Shown here: one piece after another, positions 9,493 to 19,543 of the stretch | Layout of the letters: each line of letters starts with the position of its first letter | Position numbering within the stretch: the stretch's first letter is position 1 | NCBI GenBank assembly: GCA_018402685.1 | Contig: JAGYIJ010000003.1 | Location: forward strand, 49,968 to 113,967 | Source of the DNA: Aquiluna sp. | GTDB taxonomy: Bacteria; Actinomycetota; Actinomycetes; Actinomycetales; Microbacteriaceae | Direction: 5' to 3' | Length of the DNA: 64,000 nucleotides | Translations under genes and position numbers: made by a program | The notes under the pieces: model-generated | Told to the model about the DNA's origin: nothing | What the model saw: only the letters and a program-made list of their open reading frames with translations | The model's database searches: none

Positions 9493-10092
9493 CTAGAACA
9501 GGTAAAAGAGTTTCTTATCGGAAACCACGCCTGAGACTTCAACCTTGATCTCATACTGGGCTCCGCCTCTTGGGGCAGGTCGATTGTTGTCGGAGCACTG
9601 GAACTCGCTCGAAGAGTAAACCTTGAGCCATTCACCAGGTTCTGACTTCTCGACGATGTTTGGCTTCAGGACCTTGGAGAACCTCGAATCTCCCTCCCTG
9701 TCACAGTCTCTAGATGAGTAGAAGACCTGCTCACCAGAGGTGATCGTGAAGAAGGTGGCGTAGGTGCCAACGTCAAAGATGCAATCCACCAAACCGGTGT
9801 TTGTGATCTCATACCAGACAAAGACCGGCTCACCCTCTGGCAGGTTCACCAAAGGTTCGAGAGTCTCACCCCTGCCGATAAAGGCCTCAACCTCAACCAC
9901 TCCGGGTTGGCAGTTGGTGATCTCCTCGGCGGTCGCTTCGGAGGTCGGGGTGGCGATGGTTTCTGGCTCCTGAGCATCATTCGGAGCTGCAAGTAACTGG
10001 GTGCCAGCAAAGACCAGTGCGGCGATTGCAACTAGGACAACAAGGGCAACAAGGCGACGTTTTTTGTAGACATTCGCATCGACTTGACTCAT
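9493..10092 (-). CDS. Membrane-anchored extracytoplasmic protein with four Cys, hypothetical
   Basis: 199 aa with an N-terminal TM anchor. It sits where the conserved membrane protein follows radA in other actinobacteria. Confidence 0.6.
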   Translation of the reverse strand: MSQVDANVYKKRRLVALVVLVAIAALVFAGTQLLAAPNDAQEPETIATPTSEATAEEITNCQPGVVEVEAFIGRGETLEPLVNLPEGEPVFVWYEITNTGLVDCIFDVGTYATFFTITSGEQVFYSSRDCDREGDSRFSKVLKPNIVEKSEPGEWLKVYSSSEFQCSDNNRPAPRGGAQYEIKVEVSGVVSDKKLFYLF

Positions 10093-10106
10093 AGAGCTAA
10101 ATCTAA

Positions 10107-10601
10107 CTAGAGCTTCAGCAGCATGCGCGAGTTTCCGAGCGTGTTCTGCTTAACTCTTGCTAAATCCAAAAACTCTGCAACACCGTCATCGTGTGAGCGA
10201 ACCATCTCGGCATAGGTCTCCGGATCCACCGGCACATCCGAAATCAACTCAAAGCCGTGGCTTCTAAAAAACTCCTCTTCAAAGCTCAAGCAGAACACCC
10301 TGCGCACGCCCAGAACTTTTGCACGCTCGAGCAACTCTCGCAGCATCGCGGCTCCAATGCCCTTGCGCTTGGCCGACTGAGCAACAGCGAGGGTTCTGAT
10401 TTCGGCCAAGTCCTGCCACATCACGTGCAGGGCGCCAAAACCGATTACTTCGCCCTCTTGCTCGGCAACCACAAACTCTTGAATGGACTCGTAGATCTCG
10501 ACGAGCTCCTTGCCCAACAAAATGCGCTGTTCAATCAAAGGTCGGGCTATCTCGGTGATAGCTGGGACGTCTGTGGTGCGGGCTGGGCGAATCGAAAACA
10601 T
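10107..10601 (-). CDS. GNAT-family N-acetyltransferase
   Basis: 164 aa. AVAQSAKRKGIGAAMLRELL is an acetyl-CoA binding motif. Confidence 0.85.
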   Translation of the reverse strand: MFSIRPARTTDVPAITEIARPLIEQRILLGKELVEIYESIQEFVVAEQEGEVIGFGALHVMWQDLAEIRTLAVAQSAKRKGIGAAMLRELLERAKVLGVRRVFCLSFEEEFFRSHGFELISDVPVDPETYAEMVRSHDDGVAEFLDLARVKQNTLGNSRMLLKL

Positions 10602-10608
10602 TGCTAAA

Positions 10609-11121
10609 TTATGGTGCCTCGGTGCTCCCCAGCTCTACCAAAACCTCATTGCGGCGTAAAAGTGGCAGCGTCCAGGGCCCGTCATACCTCGCGTAAATCA
10701 CCTCTGACACTGGGGTGTAGCCGGCACTCGCCACTGCCTCCAGGAGCTTTTTTGATTTTGCTTCAAACAAAGAATCCGACGCCGAACCACTGAATCTATA
10801 AGCCGCCATCAGCTTTTGATCAACCTTCGAAACCCTCAGATTAGTGTTTGGGGTCGGGGGATTCGAAAGATCACTTGGCATCACAAAAGAGACCTCAAAA
10901 CCATCTTTGGTTCTCTGCTGCAAAACCGGAGCGGTCATTGCAATCTTCACGCCCTCGGCGTTATTGCCAAAGATGTAGTCGGCCAAAAAGCCAAAAGCCT
11001 GGTTCCCACTCTGCGAGAGGGAACCAGGCATTGGCTTGGTGACGATCATGTGAGGGGCATAGCGACGAAGTTGAAACCCGGGTAGGTCCTCAACAACCGC
11101 GTATTGCTGAACCTCAGTCAA
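10609..11121 (-). CDS. SOUL heme-binding family protein
   Basis: 170 aa. YAVVEDLPGFQLRRY...IAMTAPV...FVMP pattern typical of SOUL/HBP. Confidence 0.65.
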   Translation of the reverse strand: MTEVQQYAVVEDLPGFQLRRYAPHMIVTKPMPGSLSQSGNQAFGFLADYIFGNNAEGVKIAMTAPVLQQRTKDGFEVSFVMPSDLSNPPTPNTNLRVSKVDQKLMAAYRFSGSASDSLFEAKSKKLLEAVASAGYTPVSEVIYARYDGPWTLPLLRRNEVLVELGSTEAP

Positions 11122-13578
11122 TTAGCTGACTGGCTCTTCCTCGCGAGTGTTGGTGACAAAGCTGAAAGCTCCGTCCACGAAATCGACCAGAATATCCTGG
11201 GCCGCGGAGACCGTGCCGCTGAGGATGCGCTCTGAGATCTCGTCCTCGATCTCTCGCTGCACAACTCTTCGAAGTGGCCTGGCACCAAGCGTTGGATCGT
11301 AACCGAGTTCGATTAGTCGTTCCTTCGCGGCGGTGGTCAGCGTGAGCTTGAGGTCGCGGTCATCCAGACGCTCCTGAAGACGCTTCACGAACAAATCAAC
11401 AATGAGCAAGAGCTCTTCGCGGTTGAGCTGTGGGAAGACGATTACTTCGTCGACACGGTTTAGGAACTCAGGCCTGAAGTTCTTCTTCAGCTCTTCCATA
11501 ACGCGAGACTTCATCTGGTCGTAGTCGTTGTCGGAGTTGCCCTCGAGAGTGAAGCCGAGTGCACCGCGAGTGATCTCGCGGGTTCCTAGGTTTGTGGTCA
11601 TGATGATGATGGTGTTCTTGAAGTCCACCACTCGACCCTGACCATCGGTCAGGCGACCCTCTTCCAGAATCTGCAGCATCGAGTTGAAGATATCTGGGTG
11701 GGCCTTCTCGATCTCATCAAACAGCACAACGGAGAATGGCTTTCTGCGAACCTTTTCGGTTAGCTGGCCACCCTCGTCGTAGCCGACGAATCCCGGAGGA
11801 GCTCCGAACAGCCTAGAGACAGTGTGCTTCTCGCTGTACTCGCTCATGTCCAGGGCAATCAGCGCATCCTCGTCATCAAACAAGAACTCGGCCAAGGCCT
11901 TTGCCAACTCGGTTTTTCCAACACCGGTCGGACCGGCGAAGATAAACGAACCAGACGGGCGCTTCGGGTCTTTCAGACCTGCGCGCTGGCGCCTGATGGT
12001 CTTGGATAGCGCCGAGATGGCTGCCTCCTGGCCAATCACCCTGCGGTGTAGCTCCTGCTCCATGTAAATAAGCTTTGCGCCCTCGTCCTCGCCCAGCTTG
12101 AATACCGGAATACCGGTGGCCTGCGCCAAAACCTCGGCAATCAAACTCTCGTCAACGATGCCCGGGGTGTCGATGCTGCCATCCCGGAACTCTTTTTCCA
12201 TCCGGACCTTCTCGGCGGTGAGCTTTTTCTCCTCATCGCGCTTGGAGGCTGCAGCCTCGAAGTCCTGATCGGCGATGGCCTGCTCTTTAGCGGCCTTTAC
12301 CACAGCAATCTTTTCCTCCATCTCTCTGAGCTCTGGAGGAGCGGAGAGGAAGCTCAGCCTCATGCGAGCGCCGGCCTCATCGATTAGGTCAATCGCCTTG
12401 TCTGGCAAGAAGCGATCGGTGACATAGCGATCGCTCATGCCAACAGCAGCAACGATTGCGCCATCGGTGATGGAAACCTTGTGGTGCGCCTCGTAACGAT
12501 CGCGAAGACCCTTCAGGATGTTGATTGCCATCGCTGGGTTCGGTTCTGCGACCTGAACCGACTGGAACCTACGAACCAGAGCAGCGTCTTTCTCGAAGTG
12601 CTTGCGGTATTCATCCAGGGTGGTTGCACCAATGGTCTGCAGTTCACCGCGTGCAAGCATTGGCTTCAGGATTGAGGCGGCATCAATTGCACCCTCGGCA
12701 GCACCGGCTCCAACCAGGGTGTGAATCTCGTCGATAAAGGTGATGATGTCGCCACGGGTGCGAATCTCCTTGGTGACCTTCTTGAGGCGCTCCTCGAAAT
12801 CACCGCGGTAGCGGGAACCTGCAATCAGCGAACCCATGTCCAGGGTGTAGAGCTGCTTACCGCGCAGGGTCTCTGGAACATTGCCAGAGACGATTGCCTG
12901 GGCTAGGCCCTCAACAACCGCGGTCTTACCAACGCCTGGCTCACCAATCAAGATTGGGTTGTTCTTGGTTCTGCGAGAAAGAATCTGCATCACGCGCTCG
13001 ATCTCACGCTCACGACCAACAACCGGGTCGAGCTTGCCATCGGCTGCTGCGTGAGTGAGGTTACGACCGTACTGGTCGAGAATCTGAGAACCCTTTGGCT
13101 GAGGCGCACTCTCTCCGCCAACCGAGACCGCCTCTTTGCCCTGGTAGCCCGAGAGTAACTGAATTACTTGCTGGCGAACCTTATTGGTGTCAGCACCGAG
13201 CTTGGTCAAAACCTGAGCGGCAACACCCTCACCCTCGCGAATCAAACCGAGAAGCAAATGCTCGGTTCCGATGTAGCTGTGGCCAAGCTGCAGTGCCTCA
13301 CGAAGTGAAAGCTCAAGAACCTTCTTGGCTCTCGGGGTGAAAGGGATGTGGCCCGATGGTGCCTGCTGGCCCTGGCCAATGATGTCCTGGACCTGCTCGC
13401 GAACCTGCTCCAGGTTGATGCCAAGTGCTTCTAACGCCTTGGCTGCGACGCCCTCACCCTCGTGAATCAGGCCGAGCAGGATGTGCTCGGTTCCGATGTA
13501 GTTGTGGTTGAGTAGCTTCGCCTCTTCCTGAGCGAGCACCACGACCCTTCTGGCCTTATCGGTGAATTTCTCGAACAA
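11122..13578 (-). CDS. clpC: ATP-dependent Clp protease ATP-binding subunit ClpC1
   Basis: 818 aa. Duplicated Clp_N repeats, two AAA+ modules ([16 protein letters not shown]) and a UVR-like linker. Confidence 0.95.
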   Translation of the reverse strand: MFEKFTDKARRVVVLAQEEAKLLNHNYIGTEHILLGLIHEGEGVAAKALEALGINLEQVREQVQDIIGQGQQAPSGHIPFTPRAKKVLELSLREALQLGHSYIGTEHLLLGLIREGEGVAAQVLTKLGADTNKVRQQVIQLLSGYQGKEAVSVGGESAPQPKGSQILDQYGRNLTHAAADGKLDPVVGREREIERVMQILSRRTKNNPILIGEPGVGKTAVVEGLAQAIVSGNVPETLRGKQLYTLDMGSLIAGSRYRGDFEERLKKVTKEIRTRGDIITFIDEIHTLVGAGAAEGAIDAASILKPMLARGELQTIGATTLDEYRKHFEKDAALVRRFQSVQVAEPNPAMAINILKGLRDRYEAHHKVSITDGAIVAAVGMSDRYVTDRFLPDKAIDLIDEAGARMRLSFLSAPPELREMEEKIAVVKAAKEQAIADQDFEAAASKRDEEKKLTAEKVRMEKEFRDGSIDTPGIVDESLIAEVLAQATGIPVFKLGEDEGAKLIYMEQELHRRVIGQEAAISALSKTIRRQRAGLKDPKRPSGSFIFAGPTGVGKTELAKALAEFLFDDEDALIALDMSEYSEKHTVSRLFGAPPGFVGYDEGGQLTEKVRRKPFSVVLFDEIEKAHPDIFNSMLQILEEGRLTDGQGRVVDFKNTIIIMTTNLGTREITRGALGFTLEGNSDNDYDQMKSRVMEELKKNFRPEFLNRVDEVIVFPQLNREELLLIVDLFVKRLQERLDDRDLKLTLTTAAKERLIELGYDPTLGARPLRRVVQREIEDEISERILSGTVSAAQDILVDFVDGAFSFVTNTREEEPVS

Positions 13579-13633
13579 GCGGCACCTCCTACAAATCTGT
13601 AATCAAGATGCTAAGGGGCGGTTGGTGTCAAAA

Positions 13634-13819
13634 CTAGGGCTGTTCGCCCAAGGCGTTAGAGCGCTTTGCGCGCTCTTCTGCCTCAATGCGCGCATAGGTG
13701 TTTCTTTCACCGCGATCCACCCGCAGAATCGCCCGCAGCATGATCCAGAAAATAACCCCAACCAATGCGGGCGGAATCAGCGAAATCAGAACATCGAGAG
13801 TTGCTTCCCAAAAAGTCAT
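13634..13819 (-). CDS. Hypothetical small single-TM protein
   Basis: 61 aa, between lysS and clpC. Confidence 0.4.
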   Translation of the reverse strand: MTFWEATLDVLISLIPPALVGVIFWIMLRAILRVDRGERNTYARIEAEERAKRSNALGEQP

Positions 13820-13826
13820 CTGCGCC

Positions 13827-15308
13827 TCACTTCACCAACGGAAACAATATTGTTTCACGAATACCAAGCCCGGTCAGAGTCATCAACAACCGGTCAATAC
13901 CCAGTCCCAGTCCACCCGATGGCGGCATGCCATATTCCAGCGCCTTCAAAAACTCTTCATCAAGCTTCATAGCCTCTGGGTCACCTGTTGCACCAAGCTT
14001 TGCTTGAGCAATAAAACGTTCGCGCTGCACCACTGGGTCAACCAGCTCCGAATAGCCGGTCGCCTGCTCAAAGCCACGAATGTAGAGATCCCACTTTTCA
14101 ACAACCCCAGGCTTTGAGCGGTGATCACGCGTTAGCGGAGAGGTATCAACCGGGAAGTCGATAACGAAGGTTGGGGCATCTAGCCCAGGCTTCACAAAGT
14201 GCTCCCAGAGCTCCTCAACATACTTGCCATGCAGCGGGTGTTCGATCTCGATATCCAGGCTCTTGGCAAGTTTCTTGAGCTCTGCGATGTCAGTTTCTGG
14301 AGTGATCTCCTGACCGCAAGCTGCGCTCAGAGATTCAAACATCGAGATGCGATCCCAGTTGCCACCCAGGTCGTTTACGGTGCCATCATCCAGCTGCACC
14401 TGGTGGGTGCCAAAGACATCCATCGCGGCATTTTGAATCAGGTCCTGGGTCAGCTGCATCATGGTGCTGTAATCGCCATAGGCCTCGTAGGCCTCGAGCA
14501 TTGCAAACTCCGGTGAGTGAGTGCGGTCAGCACCCTCATTGCGGAAGTTGCGGTTGATCTCAAATACTCGCTCGAGACCGCCAACCACCGCGCGCTTCAA
14601 AAACAACTCTGGCGCAATGCGCAAATACAGCTCGGTGTCAAAGGCATTCGAGTGGGTCTTGAATGGCCTTGCCGAGGCTCCGCCGTGCATGACCTGCAAC
14701 ATCGGGGTCTCGACCTCCATGAAAGCCTGATTGGCGAAGGTGTTGCGCAATGACTGCATCACCTCGGAGCGAATCTTGACAACCTCGCGGGCACGGTCGC
14801 GAACAATCAAATCTAGGTAGCGGTGTCGAACTCGGAACTCTTCACCAAGCTCGTTGTGCAAATTGGGAAGCGGCCTGATTGTCTTTGCGGCCATTAGCCA
14901 CTCGGAGGCCAAAACGCTGAGCTCGCCTCTCTTCGAGGTGATCACCTCGCCTGAGACAAATACGTGGTCACCGAGATCAACCAGGTTCTTCCAGTTCTCC
15001 AAAGACTCTTCGCCAACCTTGTCGAGCGAGATCATGGCCTGGATGCGCTCACCGGTGCCGGACTGCAAAGAGGCGAAGCAGAGCTTTCCGGTGTTGCGCA
15101 AAAACATAACGCGGCCAGCAAGCCCAACCATGTCGCCGGTGGAGATATCGGCTTCCAGGTTTGGGTAGTGAGCCTTGGTCGCCTCGATGGTGTGGGTGAT
15201 TGGAAGGGTGACCGGATAAGCGCTCGAGAGCTGGTTTAGCTCTTCGCGCTTTTGCATCCGAACAGCAATCTGCTCGGGGAGGTCTTCGCCCTCAAACTCT
15301 TCGCTCAC
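13827..15308 (-). CDS. lysS: Lysine--tRNA ligase (class II)
   Basis: 493 aa. OB-fold N-domain and class II motifs (FRNEG..THSPEF, GLGIDRL). Confidence 0.95.
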   Translation of the reverse strand: MSEEFEGEDLPEQIAVRMQKREELNQLSSAYPVTLPITHTIEATKAHYPNLEADISTGDMVGLAGRVMFLRNTGKLCFASLQSGTGERIQAMISLDKVGEESLENWKNLVDLGDHVFVSGEVITSKRGELSVLASEWLMAAKTIRPLPNLHNELGEEFRVRHRYLDLIVRDRAREVVKIRSEVMQSLRNTFANQAFMEVETPMLQVMHGGASARPFKTHSNAFDTELYLRIAPELFLKRAVVGGLERVFEINRNFRNEGADRTHSPEFAMLEAYEAYGDYSTMMQLTQDLIQNAAMDVFGTHQVQLDDGTVNDLGGNWDRISMFESLSAACGQEITPETDIAELKKLAKSLDIEIEHPLHGKYVEELWEHFVKPGLDAPTFVIDFPVDTSPLTRDHRSKPGVVEKWDLYIRGFEQATGYSELVDPVVQRERFIAQAKLGATGDPEAMKLDEEFLKALEYGMPPSGGLGLGIDRLLMTLTGLGIRETILFPLVK

Positions 15309-16153
15309 GCGTCACCAATCACTAGGTTGTCAATCAATCGAACCTCGCCAACACTCGCCGCGATTATCAATCTGGCGCCTGGTTTAGCCTCAGCCAAGAC
15401 CTCAAAGCTCTCGGCATCAATCAGCTCTAGGTAGTCAAGTCTAGTAATCGGATCAAGCTCACTCTTGGCCGCCTCCAGCATGCGCTCGCGGTTGCTGCCC
15501 GCTGCAAGCCCTGCGCTCAGTGCTCGATAAATGCTGCGGGCAGCAGCGAGGTGCTCGGGCTTGATGCGAATGTTGCGAGAAGAGAGCGCTAAACCTTCCT
15601 CGTCTCGAACCGTCTCACAGGAAACTATTTTGAGTGGCTCGCGCTCCCCTGATTGAATCTGCTGCCGAACCATATTTTTGACCAGCACCAACTGCTGGAA
15701 GTCCTTCTCGCCAAAGTACGCAGCGCTTGGGCTCACCAGATCAAACAGTCTGTTCACCACCAACAGCATCCCGTCGAAGTGACCGGGGCGGTGCTCACCT
15801 TCAAACTTTTGCCCAATCTCTCCGGCCTGAGGCTGCTTCAGCTCCACGCCCGGTGGGTAGATATCGCTGTTGCCAGGGGCGAACAGCAGATCAACCCCGG
15901 CATCGGTGAGCAACCTGGCATCAACCCCGAGGGTTCTGGGGTAGTCACCAAAATCAGCCTCGTCTCCAAACTGCTTTGGATTCACAAATATCGAAACCAC
16001 CACAAAGTAACCCTCGGCAAGTGCTCTTTGAACTAGGGAGAGGTGGCCCTTGTGTAAAGCACCCATGGTTGGAACCAGTGCCACCTTGCGGCCTTGCTCT
16101 CTAGCTGCAATCAGCTGAGCATCGAGCTCAGCTGTGGAGTGTGCTAATTCCAT
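15305..16153 (-). CDS. panC: Pantoate--beta-alanine ligase
   Basis: 282 aa. [13 protein letters not shown] motif and FGEKDFQQ. Confidence 0.95.
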   Translation of the reverse strand: MELAHSTAELDAQLIAAREQGRKVALVPTMGALHKGHLSLVQRALAEGYFVVVSIFVNPKQFGDEADFGDYPRTLGVDARLLTDAGVDLLFAPGNSDIYPPGVELKQPQAGEIGQKFEGEHRPGHFDGMLLVVNRLFDLVSPSAAYFGEKDFQQLVLVKNMVRQQIQSGEREPLKIVSCETVRDEEGLALSSRNIRIKPEHLAAARSIYRALSAGLAAGSNRERMLEAAKSELDPITRLDYLELIDAESFEVLAEAKPGARLIIAASVGEVRLIDNLVIGDA

Positions 16154-16842
16154 TAGTAGGCATCCTCCGGATCGATTCCCTTCACCGGTGCATACAGCGC
16201 GGTCTCAACCGCGCTTCTGACCACCGGCGCTATCAGTCTGGCAGCATCTGGCACCCCAGCCTCACTCAAAATGCCCACCGCTTGCTGAACCACGAGCGAG
16301 GAAAAACCGCTGGCAACCTCAAAGGCTTCGGAGTAGGCAGCGCGCTGCTCTTCCTGAATGATTGCGGGCTCTGCTCCGAGTTCGATCGCCAGCGCCTGCG
16401 CGATTGGCAACAGGGGCTCTGGGGCGCTAATGGCAACCGTGGTGTTTTTCAACACCGTCAGGTCCATTGAGGTGCCGGTGAAGTGCATCACCGGGTGCAG
16501 GGCAACGGGTATCGCTCCCACTCTGGCGGCAGCCGAGAGCACCTGGTAACCGTGGTGTGGGGAGAGCTGCACGATGATCTTCTTTGGACCAAAGACCCCG
16601 AGGTCAGTCAGGCCCTCGCAGGTGAGCTCGATGTCCTTGTATGGAACGGCAAGAACAACAAGATCGGCGTCTTCTGCAACGGCAGCCATCGGGGCGATTG
16701 GAACATCGGGGATCAGATCCTCCACCCGCTCAATCGCCTCGGCCGACTCCACAAAAACCCCAATTAGCTCATGCCCCGCTCCAGCCCAAGCCTTGGCAAG
16801 GATTAGCCCTGCGGGCTCGTCACCGATCACACCGATCTTCAT
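16153..16842 (-). CDS. Rossmann-fold/DUF2520 domain protein
   Basis: 229 aa. Occupies the conserved position between panC and the DUF3180/folK genes in actinobacteria. Confidence 0.6.
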   Translation of the reverse strand: MKIGVIGDEPAGLILAKAWAGAGHELIGVFVESAEAIERVEDLIPDVPIAPMAAVAEDADLVVLAVPYKDIELTCEGLTDLGVFGPKKIIVQLSPHHGYQVLSAAARVGAIPVALHPVMHFTGTSMDLTVLKNTTVAISAPEPLLPIAQALAIELGAEPAIIQEEQRAAYSEAFEVASGFSSLVVQQAVGILSEAGVPDAARLIAPVVRSAVETALYAPVKGIDPEDAY

Positions 16843-17315
16843 GCCAAGCCCTCGCCATCTGAGTCTCTAGGAGTCTTGCAGTTACTCTGGCCAATCAGCC
16901 CGCCGGCAAGCATCGCTATAGAACCCAACAGCGCGATGCTGGTAAGAGTCACCGGCCCAATTGGAGCCACCGAGAACACCACCAACCAAATCAGTGCACC
17001 TAGGTGCCAACCAGCAAAGATGGTCCCCGCCAATGCGGTTGCCCGAGACAGCACCAGTGCCCTAAGCGCATAAAAAGGATTGGGTCGCTCGGGCCTTTGG
17101 CCTGAGCTATAGTTCTCAACCGCGTTGCGGTAGCGCCTGATTGGCAGCGTGGCCAACACCACCGCAATTCCAATCACCGGCATTGTGATGATCAAGCTGA
17201 TTGGTGATTGCGGATAGCTCTGGCCAAACCCCGCGAAGAGCTGAACAATGTTGATAGATAGCAAAACGCTTACTAGCGCCATGCCAAAGAACACTCGGTA
17301 GCTAATTGGCTTCAC
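16839..17315 (-). CDS. DUF3180 membrane protein
   Basis: 158 aa, 4 TM, in the conserved position downstream of folK. Confidence 0.6.
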   Translation of the reverse strand: MKPISYRVFFGMALVSVLLSINIVQLFAGFGQSYPQSPISLIITMPVIGIAVVLATLPIRRYRNAVENYSSGQRPERPNPFYALRALVLSRATALAGTIFAGWHLGALIWLVVFSVAPIGPVTLTSIALLGSIAMLAGGLIGQSNCKTPRDSDGEGLA

Positions 17316-17803
17316 TTTGCCACCACCACCGAATCAGATAGCTCCGCCACCAATTCGGAAACCCTGCCCCTGCCGGGCAGGGTTGCATCGGGGTCAATCT
17401 CAAGCCAGGGCACCAAAACGAAGCTACGCTCAAAGGCTCTGGGGTGAGGAACAATCAAGTTCTTGGTTTCAATCAGGTCATAGCCAAAGGTGATGATGTC
17501 GATATCCAAGGTTCTCGGAGCCCAACGCTGGAGCCTGATCCTGCCAAAGTCATTTTCGATTTCGTTCAAAACCCTAAGAAGCACCTTTGGCTTCAAACTC
17601 GTCTCCACCTGCACCACCGCGTTGAGATAACTCGGTTGCTCCGGGTCATAACCCGAGTCCGTCAGCGCAACAGATTCATAGATTGCAGATTGATTTACTA
17701 GCTTTATGCCCTTGGTCTTAGAAATCTGCCTGATTGCAGCTTCAAGAGTCTGTTTGCGCTCACCGAGGTTCGAACCCAGTGACAGGATTGCGAGACTCGT
17801 CAT
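17312..17803 (-). CDS. folK: 2-amino-4-hydroxy-6-hydroxymethyldihydropteridine diphosphokinase
   Basis: 163 aa. LSLGSNLG...RWAPRTLDIDI...PHP motifs. Confidence 0.9.
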   Translation of the reverse strand: MTSLAILSLGSNLGERKQTLEAAIRQISKTKGIKLVNQSAIYESVALTDSGYDPEQPSYLNAVVQVETSLKPKVLLRVLNEIENDFGRIRLQRWAPRTLDIDIITFGYDLIETKNLIVPHPRAFERSFVLVPWLEIDPDATLPGRGRVSELVAELSDSVVVAK

Positions 17804-18156
17804 CAGTCATCCCCCAGCGCACTAACAATGACATCGGAGAATCCTTGGGTGAGCGGTGCCGAGGGTTTATGCACCGACACCTCACACTCCACAATCTGAT
17901 CACCAAGACTCATCACCGCAGCTCTCAGCCTCAGGGCAAGAGCCTCCAAAAGATCGTTGCGCTCGGCATTGAAACTAGCTTCAATCAAGTTCGCAACATC
18001 GGCATATGACACCGTTTTTGCCAGATCGTCCTCGCCGGATGCCAAAACAACCAGCTTGCAATCGACCAAGAATTCTTGACCGTAGTCCTTCTCGTGCTGC
18101 AATACCCCGTGGTGGCCAAAGAGTCTTAGCCCCAGAATCTCAATTCGAAATCTCAC
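17803..18156 (-). CDS. folB: Dihydroneopterin aldolase
   Basis: Start trimmed to the GTG at 18156 (VRFRIEILGLRLFGHHGVLQHEKDYGQEF). GTGA overlap with the folP stop. Confidence 0.85.
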   Translation of the reverse strand: MRFRIEILGLRLFGHHGVLQHEKDYGQEFLVDCKLVVLASGEDDLAKTVSYADVANLIEASFNAERNDLLEALALRLRAAVMSLGDQIVECEVSVHKPSAPLTQGFSDVIVSALGDD

Positions 18157-18989
18157 CTGGCACTCTCCGATTGCTTTAGGGCTTCGACCACCTTTATGGC
18201 ATCGCTCGTGGCCTCGACGTTGTGGACTCGGATCCCCCAAAGCTTGCGTTGCAACAGCAGTGCCGTCAGCACTGCGGTTGCAACATCACGCCTGGGGTTT
18301 GAAACCGAAGCTGGGTCTGCCTGATTCAAGACCGAGGCTAGGAACCTCTTGCGAGATGCACCCACCAAGACTGGAAGCGAGAGCTTTTCTAGTTCATCAA
18401 GCCTGGCAACCAAATCCCAGTTCTGCTTGATGTCCTTTGCAAAACCTAGGCCGGGGTCAACAATGATGCGATCTCTTGCGATGCCGCTAGCCACCGCCAT
18501 CGAGACCTGCTCGGCGAGTTCGCCGACCACCTCTCTAGCGACATCCGAATAGCCAGTCAGAGTGTCCATCACTTCGGAGTGCCCGCGCCAGTGGCCAAGA
18601 ATGTATTTGCAGTCCAGCTTTGCAACAGCTGCGAAGATCTCTGGGTCCGACAAACCACCCGAAACGTCATTCACGATGTGTGCGCCGGCCTCAACGGCCA
18701 GACTCGCCGTTGCCGAGTTCATGGTGTCGATTGAGATCAGAACATCGAGCTCTGCGGCAATTGCTTTGATTACCGGGATTACTCGGTCCTGCTCCTGATC
18801 AAGGCTCACCCGCATTGCGCCAGGCCTGGTTGATTCGCCACCAACATCAATGATGTCTGCGCCTTGCGAAACTAAGAGCCTGGCTTGATTCAGGGCGGAT
18901 TCGACCTCAAGGAACTCGCCACCATCACTGAATGAATCCGGGGTGATGTTCAAAACCCCCATCAGTTTGGGTCGGGTCCACTGGTCCAT
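18153..18989 (-). CDS. folP: Dihydropteroate synthase
   Basis: Start trimmed to MDQWTRPKLMGVLNITPDSFSDGG at 18989. Also DIGGESTRPG. Confidence 0.9.
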   Translation of the reverse strand: MDQWTRPKLMGVLNITPDSFSDGGEFLEVESALNQARLLVSQGADIIDVGGESTRPGAMRVSLDQEQDRVIPVIKAIAAELDVLISIDTMNSATASLAVEAGAHIVNDVSGGLSDPEIFAAVAKLDCKYILGHWRGHSEVMDTLTGYSDVAREVVGELAEQVSMAVASGIARDRIIVDPGLGFAKDIKQNWDLVARLDELEKLSLPVLVGASRKRFLASVLNQADPASVSNPRRDVATAVLTALLLQRKLWGIRVHNVEATSDAIKVVEALKQSESAR

Positions 18990-18991
18990 GA

Positions 18992-19543
18992 CTACCTGTT
19001 TATCAAAGCCATCGCCTCTTGGCGATAGCTGGGTTCGGTGAAGACCCCTCTGGATGCGATAGTGACCGTGTTGACCTCGGGTTGCCTTGCTCCCCGAGAT
19101 GCCACGCACTGGTGCCTGGCCTCAATCACCACTAGCACTCCCTTGGGATCTAGGCCCTCAACAAGAGCATCGGCAACCTCTGAGGTCAAGCGCTCCTGCA
19201 ATTGCGGTCTCGATGCGATGATCTCTAGAACCTTTGCCAGTCTTCCCAAACCCGCTAACTGCGTGTTTGGTAGGTAGGCGATGTGAGCATTTCCGGTGAA
19301 GGGCAAGAGGTGATGCTCGCAAATTGAAACCAGTTCGATGTCTTTCAGGATCACCGTCTCGGAGCTATCTGCTGGAAAGGTTTCACCAATCGCACTCAGT
19401 GGGTCCACTCCAATGCCCTTGAAAAAGGAGGCGTAGGCCTCGGCAACCTTCTCGGGGGTGGATTTGAGCTCCTGGCGATTCGGATCCTCGCCGATGGCTA
19501 GAAGAATCTCGGTGACGGCATTGCGAATCCGATCAGCCTGCAT
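18992..19543 (-). CDS. folE: GTP cyclohydrolase I
   Basis: Start trimmed to [10 protein letters not shown] at 19543. CEHHLLPF and HQC motifs. Confidence 0.9.
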   Translation of the reverse strand: MQADRIRNAVTEILLAIGEDPNRQELKSTPEKVAEAYASFFKGIGVDPLSAIGETFPADSSETVILKDIELVSICEHHLLPFTGNAHIAYLPNTQLAGLGRLAKVLEIIASRPQLQERLTSEVADALVEGLDPKGVLVVIEARHQCVASRGARQPEVNTVTIASRGVFTEPSYRQEAMALINR

